Shown piece after piece: positions 11,701 to 23,949 of a stretch of 64,000 bases of DNA. The notes beneath the pieces are model-generated. The model had not been told where the DNA came from. It saw nothing but the letters and a program-made list of their open reading frames with translations, and did no database searches. Numbering within the stretch: position 1 is the stretch's first letter; every line of letters begins with the position of its first letter. Both the position numbers and the translations under genes were made by a program. The DNA comes from Mytilus californianus (Eukaryota). The stretch spans positions 83,080,001 through 83,144,000 of the forward strand of contig NW_026262690.1 of assembly GCF_021869535.1 (NCBI RefSeq), given 5' to 3'.

Positions 11701-13891
11701 ACTATCCAGGTAAGCCTATCGATCATTAAAAATAAACTTATTCTAAAAGGTTATCAATTTAATAAAATCGTTGAATATTGTTTTAATCTACTCATATTGA
11801 TTTTGTTATCAAAAATTTACATCGTAACTAAATATGTATTGCTATATTTATTAACACTTACTGTTCTACATCCTGTCGATACTTAAATTTTGGCATTGCA
11901 TAAGGGCATGTTTCCGAACGTCTTTACACCAAATCCATTGGATAGGTGCTAATTGATATTTTGTCTTGGATACATTTTTTTATTAGTTGTTATTGGCTCT
12001 TAACTAGCCTTCGGTAACTTTGAGTACCCTCAAATCGGTATTTTATATATCCAGTCAGGAACCTGTACTTCAGTGGTTGTCGTTTGTTGCTGTATACCAT
12101 AATTGTTCTTAATTTGTTGCTTTGCAAATAAATCAGGGCGTTAGTTTTCTCGTTTAAATTGTTTTACATTTTGTCAAGTCGGTGCCATGTCATTTGGTCT
12201 CCAGTGGATAGTTGTATCGATGGCAATCATATCACATCTCCCTATTTGATATTCTTTCAACTGATTTTTGAGACTTTTTCAATTTTCTATCATACATCCC
12301 GCGACAGGTTAACAGAAGTTAAGCGAAAGGTCTTTGGATACTCGTAAAGTTGTATGTTCATAATCATTATAAAAACAATAGCCAAAAACCGTAATGAGTA
12401 AGCTCTACGATATTTGGATTAAGAGTTGAATGTCAGGTTAAACCTGCTAACGTTAGGCGATTTGGCAACAAGCATGTTTTACAAGATGCAAAAGTTATAT
12501 ATATAAAATTTTATTTCTGTTAAATTATGCATACACCAAATGTTGTTACTGTGCTGAGTGTTGTAAAATTCTAGTTAACAACAGTGAACTACCCTTCCCT
12601 AGAAATAAAAATATGGTTATGTTGATTTTTGATTGCTTGTTGTTAAATATGTCTATTGTGGTATTCTGTATATAAGAAATGAATGCTTCTTTTTGTAATT
12701 TTATTGGGGTGTAAAAGCGGTGACCGAAGCAATGTTTGTTTCCGATCTGCTTCATACTAAGAATCTGCGCACGATCAACGCTTTTGCACAGAATAAAATT
12801 ACAAAAAGAAGCATTCAATCTTATAATTATATTTTTATGCTTTAGCCGGGAAAATCTTTTTTTTCTGTTTTTTTTCTCTATGTAATGTTGTCACGGGAGG
12901 CACGTGCTGTCATGGATGTTGCATTTTATTGAATGCCTCTCGATTGTTGTCAGGCAATCAAAAGTACAGATTCCTATGAAACATACATGTATATGTGTAA
13001 TTATTCATGGTTGGCCGTCACATTGACGTATGCAAAACGTCTTCTTTTATTCATATTATCTAAATAAATGAAAATTCAAAATAATTGCTTTCTTTGGTAT
13101 GTTTATTAATGATTAGTTTTATCATATTGATTCATGTTGTATTTAACCATTTTTTTAATAAGTGAAAAGTCTCTTGCAAAAATAACAGTGCACCTTTTTA
13201 CAATTAAACCCTTTTGCAATTGGAATTCAACGTAAATTAAATCTCTATCTCAACAGAATTTTGTAAATCAACAAATGTTTTAGAAAATATTGCTTACCAG
13301 ATTCTGTCTCCAAAGATCTTCCTAAAATTACAAAATATAAACCAAACAATAACTTGGTTGACATGATGGAATTATTCGAAAAGCACCTGTCCCGGTGACG
13401 CGCGCGTCATTGAAGATATGATATCAACCCGACATTGATAAGTAAGTTTATGTCTACAAAACGAGATATATAGATACCTTGAATTTTGAAAAATGATAAT
13501 TATATTCGAATTATCATGCATTATCTTGGAAAAAAACAATTATGTATACGAAGCTTTGAAACAGGTACAAAAATGTGGGGCTTACATAGCATTTTATTCT
13601 GTTTGGTGCTTACATTTATATACGACAGATTGCATGTATGATTATTCTTTTTATATTGCAAAGATTATGAAAATCGTGAATTTTGAACATCCACTGAACC
13701 TGTATTTTTTTTGGAAAAGGCATAAATAAAATTCTACGGAAATATATTGTTCACGACACTAATAAGACTTTATACGGTCATTGACTATACCATCTTCCGT
13801 TGACTCTTTTGGCTTTCTCGAAGTTTTGCTTTTTATTACCGAGTGTGTGAGCAACAAACAATGTAAATAATACGGACGTTCCGTGCCACAT
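2792..13891 (-). CDS. Gene D: secreted micro-exon protein with Trp motifs and one YDPN motif (~202 aa model)
   Basis: Exons 13891-13840, 13321-13298, 8914-8888, 8272-8210, 8040-7987, 7110-6982, 6578-6540, 4403-4338, 3809-3738, 3022-2963 and a tentative last exon 2814-2792. All introns are GT-AG and phase 1, and the join is stop-free: MWHGTSVLFTLFVAHTLG RSLETES GRTLHVVPE AFIPGDLGFLGKYDPNQYFKN LNNKKAWKQTWDGSWPNT GESKNEQ...GHGNHNQH GKDNLKTWDGSWP GKSSSDSDTAKSWAEAWKQEMP GQKGTKGSTNSKESWNGKWSDAWP GVPESKASITDTSKTEKQGT GSQSNKN*. The 3' end is uncertain and further micro-exons may have been missed. Confidence 0.7.
2963..3022 (-). CDS. Gene D 60-nt exon (GVPESKASITDTSKTEKQGT)
   Basis: Acceptor ctttcattcaaag and donor G|GTATGT; symmetric phase 1. 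Confidence 0.65.
3738..3809 (-). CDS. Gene D 72-nt exon (GQKGTKGSTNSKESWNGKWSDAWP)
   Basis: Acceptor tgtttcatttttag and donor G|GTAATT; Trp motif. Confidence 0.75.
4338..4403 (-). CDS. Gene D 66-nt exon (GKSSSDSDTAKSWAEAWKQEMP)
   Basis: AG/GT bounded, symmetric phase 1, Trp motif. Confidence 0.7.
5013..5054 (+). ncRNA. Minimal type-I hammerhead ribozyme motif, core intact but stems imperfect
   Basis: TGTCT-CTGATGA-GTTttacgtaTAC-GAAA-CGCGC-GTC-TGGCG: the conserved CUGAUGA, GAAA and GUC are present; there are mismatches in stems I and II. Confidence 0.55.
5877..6521 (+). repeat. Pair of 101-bp direct repeats (5877-5977 and 6421-6521)
   Basis: cccttctaccaagaaatttg...ttagacttat occurs twice with 2 mismatches, 544 bp apart. 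Confidence 0.9.
6122..6163 (+). ncRNA. Structurally intact minimal type-I hammerhead ribozyme
   Basis: Stem I CATCA/TGGTG, core CTGAAGA, stem II GAC-attaatt-GTC, GAAA, palindromic stem III ATCCGGAT, NUH triplet AUA with predicted cleavage after 6158. Confidence 0.7.
6519..6538. repeat. (TA)10 microsatellite directly at the 5' splice site of the gene D 39-nt exon
   Basis: Seen directly; the minus strand reads CCAG|GTATATATATA... Confidence 0.9.
6540..6578 (-). CDS. Gene D 39-nt exon (GKDNLKTWDGSWP)
   Basis: Acceptor ttgttttcctttttag and donor G|GTATAT; repeats the TWDGSWP of the 8040-7987 exon with different codons. Confidence 0.8.
6982..7110 (-). CDS. Gene D 129-nt exon (acidic, Thr-rich, ending GHGNHNQH)
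   Basis: Acceptor tcatttacag and donor G|GTATGT; 43 open codons. Confidence 0.75.
7987..8040 (-). CDS. Gene D 54-nt exon (LNNKKAWKQTWDGSWPNT)
   Basis: Acceptor tttttgtatttttcag and donor G|GTAACC; symmetric phase 1. Confidence 0.8.
8210..8272 (-). CDS. Gene D 63-nt exon (AFIPGDLGFLGKYDPNQYFKN)
   Basis: Acceptor ttttgtctctttgtag and donor T|GTAAGT; carries the family FIPG and YDPN motifs. Confidence 0.8.
8888..8914 (-). CDS. Gene D 27-nt micro-exon (GRTLHVVPE)
   Basis: Acceptor aacag and a weaker donor G|GTACAA; symmetric phase 1; resembles the exon-like segment at 6339. Confidence 0.55.
13298..13321 (-). CDS. Gene D 24-nt micro-exon (GRSLETES)
   Basis: Acceptor ttttgtaattttag and donor G|GTAAGC; symmetric phase 1. 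Confidence 0.7.
13840..13891 (-). CDS. Gene D exon 1 (signal peptide MWHGTSVLFTLFVAHTL)
   Basis: ATG, hydrophobic core, phase-1 donor G|GTAATA. Confidence 0.7.
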
Positions 13892-14687
13892 TGATATGGT
13901 TATTGTTTACTGTAGTGATTGTTCAGTCAAAGTGTGCTGTATGCATATACATTTGTGATTTTCAGTCACTTGTTTCTTACGATTTATATCTGTAGAATTT
14001 TATATGCGACGGTACAAAGGAGTATTTTGTAAATTGTTCTGTGTAATTTCAAGCAGCATAAAGAGAATAAAAGTACATTGTCTCATGTTTAAATCTTATT
14101 TGTGTTCGTCACAAGACAGCTCATATGCCGTATTCATAGCGCAACCTAGATATATTTTTGCATACATTTTGTCGTCTACTTGATGTTAAAAATTATCATT
14201 TATAACAAAATAATAGTTAAAGAATGCATTTAAGCGGTATTTTATATGGAGAGACATTTATATTGTAAAAAGGTACGTACCTGTTAATGGTACAGAAAAC
14301 CGATTACTAAATTTACCAGTTTGCCCACCTCCTGCAATACAAAGAACATTCTTAAATAAAAATCTTCAAAATATTTGATGTTTATCATTTGATGTTTATT
14401 ATTTTAGTTCATTATAGAGAGGCGAAAGATACCAGAGGGATGTTCAAACTCACAAGTCGAAATCAAACTGACAACACCATGGCAAAAAATTAAAAACGAC
14501 CAAAAGACAAACAGCCGTATACAAAACACAACATAGAAAACTAAAGACTTAGCAACAAGAACCCCACCAATATCCAGTGTGATATCAGGTGCTCCGGATA
14601 AAGATAACAAATAAAGAAATGATATTTTGTGTGCTTGCGTATTTGTTTATGTGGTAGCAATGTTCTTATACATTTTCTAAGACCAAT

Positions 14688-14908
14688 ATTCAAAATATGT
14701 TTATAAAGATAAATAACAGCCGTAAGTTTTTTCGTTGTTATAATTATGATCGCTTCGTGCTGCTCAGTCTTTAGTTTTCTATGTATTGTTTTATGGACTT
14801 ATTCAAAATATGTTTATTAAGATAAATAACAGCCGTAAGTTTTTTCGTTGATATAATTATGATCGCTTCGTGCTGCTTAGTCTTTTCTATGTATCGTTTT
14901 ATGGACTT
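14688..14908 (+). repeat. ~110-bp tandem duplication within the inverted pair of PLE-tail-like repeats (14417-14600 and 14860-15003), upstream of gene D
   Basis: attcaaaatatgttta...ttttatggactt occurs twice in tandem; the flanking repeat copies are in opposite orientation. Confidence 0.8.
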
Positions 14909-15329
14909 GATGTCTTTTCGTCGTCTTTTTTTTTTTGTCATGGTGTTGTCAATTTATCTCGACTTATGAGTTTTGAATATTCCCTTGGTATCTTCCGCCT
15001 CTTCTTTTCGAATTTCCGTAGATTGTTATTTCACATTTGTTCTTTCCTAACTGTTTACCACACCATACATTAAAAGTTGCAATTAGTCAATGTTCAAGTC
15101 ATAATGTTTAAAATGTATCTTTTTCTGCGTTTCGTAAAAAAAACCAGAAAAATGGTGTTATGCACTGTTCAACGAGATTCAGTGAAGTCATGTGTTTTTT
15201 AATGACCAGTGGTCAAGGTTTACGGGTTTGCTCCAAAAAGTATAGTTTTGTATTCTTGCAGCAGACGTTCGATAATAAACTACATTTTTTAAGTATATGT
15301 ATGCATATGTTATTCTATTATTACTTTTT

Positions 15330-15440
15330 TTGGCCTTTTTAACTTTTTGATTCGAGCATCACTGATGAGTCTTTTGTAGACATAACGCGTGTCTGGCGTA
15401 CACAATTTTAATCCTGGTATCTATGTTGAGTTTATTTATT
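15330..15440 (+). repeat. Hammerhead-family repeat copy with inactivated core (GAAA changed to ATAA)
   Basis: catcactgatgagtcttttgtagacataacgcgtgtctggcg at 15357-15398. Confidence 0.7.
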
Positions 15441-15556
15441 TTTTTGTTTGTAAAAGGGTTTAAGCACAGGACTATGTGCTTTCTCTGGAAGCGCTGTTGG
15501 CATTTACCTGGAGATAGAGGTTTTCATGAAATCACATTTGTTTATTTGAGTTCCAA

Positions 15557-15812
15557 TGTCCCCCGCGTTGCATATATTTTATATTTCCAAGGGGCATAAC
15601 TCTTTTAAAAAAGTCGATCGGCCACCATTATAGAAACTTGTCCGAGATATTGCTGATATTAACCTATAGTATAAGTTTTATAAAAATCTGGCAAGAATTG
15701 TACCTGTGAGAGCGCTAACAAGACCGGACGGACGGACACACGGACGGACGTACTGACGCACGGACGGACGACCGGAATTTCCATGTCTCCGCAACGCGTT
15801 ACGCGGGGGACA
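15557..15812. mobile_element. Non-autonomous bivalve MITE/HINE (pearl-like) element
   Basis: 12-bp inverted repeats TGTCCCCCGCGT (15557-15568) and ACGCGGGGGACA (15801-15812), an internal GGAC microsatellite (15726-15770) and a short 3' palindrome. Confidence 0.7.
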
Positions 15813-17573
15813 ATAACCAAAAACTGTTAGGCTTATTATTATTATCTGGTGCTGTATTTTATATATATATATATTCGTGAATTGTTATAGTTTTAATTAA
15901 ATTAAACGTCGGCTTCTTTGGCCGCAAGGCAAATAAAACAGAAATTGTTTGAGTTTTTTTTATCATTATGTAATTTTTTATAGTTGAGGATAAATTAAGT
16001 CTAGTAGTGTTATGGTATATTTGTCCGTCATCATTTGGATATAGAAATATGAATATGCGTTATAAAAAAACACAACTCCTGGTGATTTATGTACAAAACA
16101 ATAAACAAAAAACAGATATGATAGACAGCGACCAACGACAACCACTGAATTACAGGCTCCTGACTTGGGACTTAAGTATGTTTGGACCATTAAGGATTGT
16201 ACAGTTAATAAGTTTTCATTCTTACAAACAGAATGGCGATGCAAAACTTTATTGACGGAATCGTTGGTTTTTACTTGTTTGTTTCTTTATTCTTATATAC
16301 ATGACCCAAAAATCCTAAGAAACAAGACTTCACAGAATAAACTCTTTGATAACAAATAAGCATATCTTTTAGGTTTATGCAAACACTAGCAGAGGAAAGC
16401 GAAACTTCATTAAGTTACCATTCATAAAACCCATGGGGTCCATAAGCTTACTGCCTCCAGCAAACCTCTGGGCTCCTCCTGTTACAAAAACAATTTCAAT
16501 AAAATAATACAAATATAAAAGATGTCGAATCTAATACGCAACAAGCCTCATGCTATGAAAATAAAGACAAAAAAAGTAGTGTCATGAAAAGTGAAGGTGT
16601 ATTGAAAATAAAACAGAATTACAAATTTCTAAGAAAATGAATTGATGTACTTCAATGATATGCCATAACATCTGTCATTTGATAAATCAAAAATTTCAAG
16701 AATTTATAGCTGCAACAAGCAGTATGTTAGATGGAGAAAACATGATGATAGAGCTTTAAATTCGCAATAATTTTTTCTATTTTTTCAAATGACATGGTTC
16801 CAATGATAACAAGACATTATTTTGACGGATTACTTGAATTTAGGTCTATAAATTTACTTATTTTCAAAAGGTTCATTTTGAAACATAGCGATAAGCAAAA
16901 TATATATTATCTCGCCACTGCCTCATGCAATGAACTTGATGTGAATGAAATGATTGTGGCTCATATTCAATTTTACCAAAAACCTATATACAAACTGACA
17001 AATTAAATATTCTACTTTTTTATAGGCCAAATACCGGCTCTTATGCACCATTCTAATACATATATTATACTACTTATTACATGATAAAATGTTCTACCTA
17101 CCCTTCATCGCCCCTAAAGGATCCAACGGATTACCACCCGTCTGTCCTCCGGTTTGACTTGCAGAGCCACTGTCTAAAATAAATATTGTCTAAAAGTCTA
17201 AAAGAAGCGTTTGCAAAGCATAACACAAAGCAAGTCCTATAACATATGACTTCGGAGGGCATTAGTTTTTATTTTTGTTTATTTCTGATATTTTCTTATT
17301 ACTTATTTTGCTAATTGTGATTTTTTTTTATTTTCTAATTTCTTTTTACTATCAATGTGCACCAAAACAAAAAAATAAAATATCCGCATAAAACGTTAAA
17401 TAATAAAAAGAGAATGAGAAGGCATATATCATAGGACTAAGCACCAAGCTACATCATGAATTTTATAATGTCAACCATATAGAAATAACCCAAAAATCCA
17501 AAGCGCAAAGCATTTAGTGAAAAATTAAGCATAACACTTTCATTTAAAACTTTCTTTTTTGAAGTTGGAACTA

Positions 17574-17953
17574 TTAGAAATTTAAGAGATCAAAACTCTT
17601 ACTTGCGCCTCTGGATGTACCAGATGTTCCTCCCATCATTGCGTTCATGGGATTCGTACCGCTACCACTCCCACTTCCGCTTCCGGATCCTCCCATCATA
17701 CCACTCATCATATTCATAGGATTCAAATTCATTCCACCTCCGCTACTGCCCCCCGTGCTTCCACCACTGCTTCCGCCTGTACTCATAACTGAATTAGCCC
17801 CACTCATCATTCCAGAGGATCCACCCATTAATGAACTTGCATCCATTTTGCTTGGGTCTCCACCTTTAGCTCCGCCAAACATGTTTAAGCTTGTACCTAA
17901 CTGAGCTTGTTGCATATTGACAGAGCCAGGATCAAAGCCACCGTTAGTTTTAC
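17574..17953 (-). CDS. Gene A terminal exon (FDPGSVN, GDPSKMD, LNPMNMM, Met/Gly-rich)
   Basis: ORF 17574-17966 trimmed to the acceptor at 17954. Confidence 0.88.
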
Positions 17954-20900
17954 CTGTAACATTCATAGTTCAAATCCAGTCAAGAAACAACAATGATAAT
18001 AATTTTGACGGTATCATTACGTTATTACCAATCTTGGTTAACCTTAACACATAAAAAATCCTCTTTTCGGAAGACCAAATATTGTTACAACTATCTCAAA
18101 ATAATCCTTTTTATGAATAAAAAGAGATACCATGGGTTATGCGTCAATGAGACAGAAATCCAACGTTACAATTAACCAAAGTGCATATACAACTACAACT
18201 ACAGACTGTACGTGTAGCGTATACATATCTCCACTGCAAACATTTTAAAATGCATCCTTAATTATCAAATCAATTACTAGTGTCGAAAAGAATATTTTTT
18301 GAAAGTAAAGAACACCTTCTCGATTTCTTCAGTTTAGGCCACAGTTGGGTTTTTTAGTTTTGCGTCCGTTTGCTGGTAGATTTTTAATGGTCTGCGGTAT
18401 ACAAAAAGACAAACGCAAAAATATTTGAGAAAATCGTACAAAAATCAAGAAATTATTATTCTAAGGCTTCATTTGAACTTTATACATGTGTAATGATCTC
18501 CTTAATCAGTATTTTGTTCAAAATTTAAAATATTATATATTACTGAATTGCAGTTTGTTGAATAAATTATTGAACAAGATCGATTTCCGTGTTAAAAATT
18601 TATTTTTGGGTGTATATTTAATCTTATATGGCCCTAGCTGAATTTGATAATTTATAGTTCTTAGTTCATTTTAGAATAAACAATGTACTATGCCACAAAA
18701 AAAAATCAGAATTAACTTTATATGTTCAATAGGAGAGTGCTGTATCCACGAACAATGTTTCACCATAAAAGTTTACATGCAGAGATGCTATAAATGCAAA
18801 GGTTTTAGGCGGAATTCAGCGTCTTGAATTTCGACATCTTAAAATTTAACAAATTTTAAAGAACATTTTGTTTCCATGAATCAACTTGACTGAAAAAAGA
18901 GGAATCATCCATCTTTTATTAGTTTCACTCAAAGTATTAAATAGGAAAGTCGTTGAAACTTAGTGGATTTGAATGTTTAAAACTCTGGATAATACGATTT
19001 AAAGAGTTTCATCAATTTTACATACAGTCTTAACAAAACATTATTCAAAGCTGAAAAGTTTTGATATGCTATTGCAAAGTTTTCATGTTTTGTCAAATTT
19101 TGCATCGAAGGACATCCGGTACCAAAATAAATTAACTTGCTTCTTAACGATAATAAGAAGCTTTACTTCCGCTAGAACTTTGTTCTATTTGAAATTCTCT
19201 TTCTTTCTCATTTCTTTTTAAAAGTTACCAAAATATACAAAAGAAAGCAATTTTGTAAGTTATCTCAAAGCTGTATATAATAGGGTAAAGTGTTCAGAAT
19301 ACAATGTAATGTTGTTAGCAGTTCAAGTTACACACATAAAGCCGTGATAAACATTGCATTTTATTCCAGTTGAAAAGATTTTGAAAGAGGCCCCGCTGTG
19401 AAATTCTTTTGGAAATTGGCTCTACCTCCTTATCCTCTAGGAATGACATTTTGGATGAATTTTATAATCTTGGTATTTCTGAGTAAATAAAGTGGTAATC
19501 AGATAAACTACCAGTCTGTATTTATATGATACTGTTATTGTAGATATTTACCACATCCTGTTTTCGGTCCCATGAATTTACTCATAGTATTTCCTCCTAT
19601 AAAATATAAGAATAGTAACTAAATAAGCTAAAGTGTGCATAATCTATTAGATGTATGTATAGAAGGAAAAAAAAAACAATTCATGTTATCGAACAAATAT
19701 TTCTATCATATATATTCCTCAGTGAAGGTCAACGTTCATGAAATACATTTGTATTGCAGCACGCAATTACAGCTAAATATGTTGAAATATAAAAATTCCT
19801 TTAGAGAAATTAAGTTTCCAAACATTTACTGAAAAGTTTGCATAGATGTTTTTTAATTTGACTTTTCTTGTGATAGTTTTACCCAAAACAGTAGTTGTCT
19901 AATCTGCACAATTATCAGTTCGTGGACATCAATCATACCTAAAAGCGGATTTAGTGGGTTAAAACCGGAAGTTCCTCCTGTATTGGCGGCTACTGGATCA
20001 AAAGAAGCTTGTTGTCCGCAATTTGACTGTTGACTTGTTGCTTGTTGTTGACCCCCTCCGACAGACTGAGGCTGCTGACTACCAGAGCCAGATTGAGGCT
20101 GTTGACTTCCAGAGCCAGATTGAGTCTGTTGACTACCAGAGCCAGATTGAGGCTGTTGACTACCAGAACCAGATTGAGACTGTTGACCCAATGCTTGACC
20201 AAAACTTGATGCTGAAGACTGTGATGGTTGACCTGAAGCTTGTCCAAAGCTAGATGCTGCCGATTGTGGTTGCTGTCCTGAGGCTTGGCCAAAACTAGAC
20301 GGGGACTGTGATCCGGATTGTTGGCTTGGTTGACTCGTAGTCTGTTGCCCACCAGGCGGTTGTTGTTTTGCATTAAACCCCATACCGTTTGCAAAAGATG
20401 GTTTTGCTCCCCCTGAAGAACCACCCATTCCACTGTTTGCAGCATTAGGGTCATACTTGGCGCCAGTATTTACAGCATTGTTTGGGTCATACTTTGGCAT
20501 TGTGTTTGAACTGCTACCACCACCACCACCATTCATTTGTTGTGCTCCACCAGACATCATCTGATTCTGATTGAATGACATTCCACCGGATGTTCCGCCA
20601 GATCCACCCGATGACATCTGTGCATTTGGGTTAAACATACCAGTTCCAGATGACTGACTTGATTGTGCAGGACTATTTGTTGACTGAGATGATTGACTCT
20701 GTTGGGAATTTTGTCCACTGTTTGAAGGTTGCTGTTGACCTCCCATCATGGCATTCGGATTAAACATACTTCCTCCTGATCCACCTGATGACTGAGACAG
20801 ACCACCAAATTGACCTCCACCAGAGCTGCCACCAGAGGTGCCACCAGATCCACCCGATGACATCTGCGCATTCGGATTAAACATACTACCTCCTGATCCA

Positions 20901-23341
20901 CCTGATGACTGAGACATACCTCCACCGGAACTGCCACCAGAGGTGCCACCAGATCCACCCGATGACATATGCGCATTCGGATTAAACATACTTCCTCCTG
21001 ATCCACCTGATGACTGAGACATACCTCCACCAGAGCTGCCACCAGAGGTGCCAACAGAACCACCCGATGACATCTGCGCATTCGGATTAAACATACCAGT
21101 TCCAGATGACTGACTAGAACTTCCTGACTGCTGAGGATTACTTGTCGACTGTGATGATTGACTCTGCTGTGAACTTTGCCCACTGTTTGCAGGTTGCTGT
21201 TGACCTCCTCCCATCATAGCATTAGGGTTAAACATACTTCCACTAGAACCTCCACCTGTGTATTGGGACATCATCTTATTAGGGTTGAAGCTTCCATACA
21301 AAGAAGATGAGGACGAAGATCCACCAAGGAAACTCCCCATCATTGAATTAGGATTAAAACTTTGTCGGACTGTAAGAATTGTATTACGATTAAAATCAGG
21401 ACTATCAAACAACATTGAATAAATACTATCTAGAAATATATATACATGTATATGTTAATATCAGGAATATAATACTAGTATATAAGTTTGCGACGTTGTG
21501 TTGATTTTTCATCGTTATGTCTTCATTTATATTTTGTGAGGCCTATCTAGTCCTTTGCTACATGTAAAAAGTGTAGTTTTCTTTTTCAATATCTCCATGG
21601 ATATTAAAGACAAAACGGTTTGCAAAGAATGATAGGCTGATGGTACAATTCACTGTGGGTGACCTATTATGAGGTCCATCGTGGGAACTAACTGCTAATA
21701 TCATAATCAAAATTTATCACTAATTACAAGGCATCAGCTTAAGCATTTCTTGATTATCAACGTTTTCAATTCGTTTCGAAGCACCCGATTTCATACCCGG
21801 ATTTGGTGGGGTTCGTGTTGCGCAATATTTGGTAGCAATACACAGTTATGAGTTTGGTTTCGCATTTTTGCCCCTGTGAATTTTTCAAATATGAAAGTTA
21901 TTGTGCAATAAAATCAATTATTAGATAGCTGAAGAATAATATAGCCTTCAAAGTGAGTTCATATGAACATCCAGTTTGTTTTTTGCATGTTTTATAGGAC
22001 ATTTTCTGTTTGACAGTCCGTATTTTCACATCCGGTACTGTCATAGGTCCAGAAATTATTGCAATGTTTTCCAACAAATATTTTAAGCTCGAACTTTTCA
22101 ATTCAATTTTATGGAAAAAAGAGAAAAATGCATATGTTTTTTATTGGATCTCTTGATAGATAAATGTCAATGATTTTAGAAAAGGCATCTTTCAAATGGA
22201 TTGAAATTCTACTTTGGACAAAATTATGGGGCATTTGTGACATTTTCACCCCCTTTTTGCAATATTTGTATCAAATAAATGCCGATTGTTGCCATGGTTA
22301 CACCAAAAAGAGATTATATTTCGCCATTTTAATCATTGGAAATGAAATCTAAATGCTGTTTCTAAACATACGCACACACATTATACAACCAGTAAGCCTA
22401 ATTTGTTACAAAGCAAGGGAAAGAGGGTGGTTAAAAATTGTGAGTGTCAATTTTAAGTTCTTTTCCTAACTGTGTATTGCTACCTTTAGTTTTCTCTTTT
22501 TTTGTGTATTGTGGACTTGTTTGTCGTTTCGTCGTTTTTCGTGCTTTGCCATGACGTTGTCTGTTTATATTCGTCTTATGAGTTTTTTTTAATGTCTCCT
22601 TGGTATTTTTCGCACTTTTTTATGTTATAATAAAATGTCATCTTTATTGTGTAGAACTGCTGACCCATCCGGAATCCTCGGTTTTTGGTTGCTACATGGT
22701 GCTCAATGTTTAGTTTTCTGTGTTTTGTTTTGTGGACTTGTTTATCTGTTAGTCTTTTTTTTTTATTTTGACGATGGTATTCCTGTCTTTGATCGACTTA
22801 TGGTATTGATTACAATTTTATGGTATCTCCCTTCTCTCTTTTTTTTTTAAATTAAAAATGTGAATTTGGTCTATATGACACGTGATCTCAAAGATTATAA
22901 ATCTAAAATAAATATGCTTTGTAAGTACCAGATACCGATCCAGGATTTTGAAAAAGGGGACCGCAGGCCCCCAAACTAGACAAAATGTGTAGAGGAACCG
23001 GTAAAAAGTCTGGATTAACCATAAATGCGGGCACCCCGCCCCCCTCTTCCCCCTTAAATCCGCCTCTGAGTACGTAATCAAAAACCTCCATTTCGATATC
23101 TGATTATGCGTAAGGGTGTTTGGAGTTGAACAGTGGTTTTGCTTGACATCTCATCCGTGACGCTTGTTTTCTCAATGACATTTGACCGATTTACATAAAT
23201 TATAAATACGTAAAATAGATTTTTTTTTTAGAATTTCATCGCGAAAGTGTTGAAGGTGACAAATTCAGACTCACCATTTCGGTCAGTTCTGGTCACAATG
23301 ACCATACACAAAAATGTAAATATTGTATTTAACGGTGCCAT
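17574..23341 (-). CDS. Gene A: secreted Gly/Ser/Gln/Met-rich protein with FNPN repeats (625 aa model)
   Basis: Exons 23341-23275 (MAPLNTIFTFLCMVIVTRTDRN, donor G|GTGAGT), 21369-19939 (acceptor cttacag, donor G|GTATGA) and 17953-17574 (acceptor gttacag, ends TAA TAG). All introns are phase 1 and the total of 1878 nt is in frame. Confidence 0.85.
19939..21369 (-). CDS. Gene A exon 2 (477 codons of MFNPNA-(G/S)n and SQQPQSGSG repeats)
   Basis: Core of ORF 19853-21415 trimmed to splice sites; contains ~105-bp and 27-bp internal repeats. Confidence 0.92.
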
Positions 23342-23949
23342 ATACAAAATATTTAGTCCCAAATAAAGGTAAATATAAATCTTTTATCAGTTTATGATAA
23401 GAAGGATAATGATCTAGTTGAACTCGGTTGGTGCTTAACTATATCCTATTATTATGAATATAGGTGAGGGTTGTTCTAGTTATACCTTAAGTTCACGAAT
23501 CGCAACCGTTCCAGTATAACATATTTAAAAAAAAATTATGAATGTTGATTCTTTTATCATATTTCAGTGGGTTCATATGCATTGATAGCCCACAAGTACT
23601 GGTTGCTGCATGGCATGATAATATTTCATGTTTTCACCAAAACACAAGTTTCAACTCCATCAAACAAAATAAACTAATCTGTGCTGACCTTTGTTGTTTC
23701 TCCGTTTCCATCATTGAAGCATTTCTTTGACTTTAACATTTTCTCCTTTCCGACATTAAGCATATAATTTAATTCAGAAAAGCGTTTAAAGCACAATACT
23801 AGAAAGCCTCCGTAATTTTCAGAAAATAAAGATAATATTACATAAGAATAAGAAAAATATCTACAAAAAACCCTTAGTTTTACTTTCAATTATACTGAAG
23901 GTGTCTTTTCAATCAGTTACATCAGTGAAAATTTTTAAATTACCTCACA

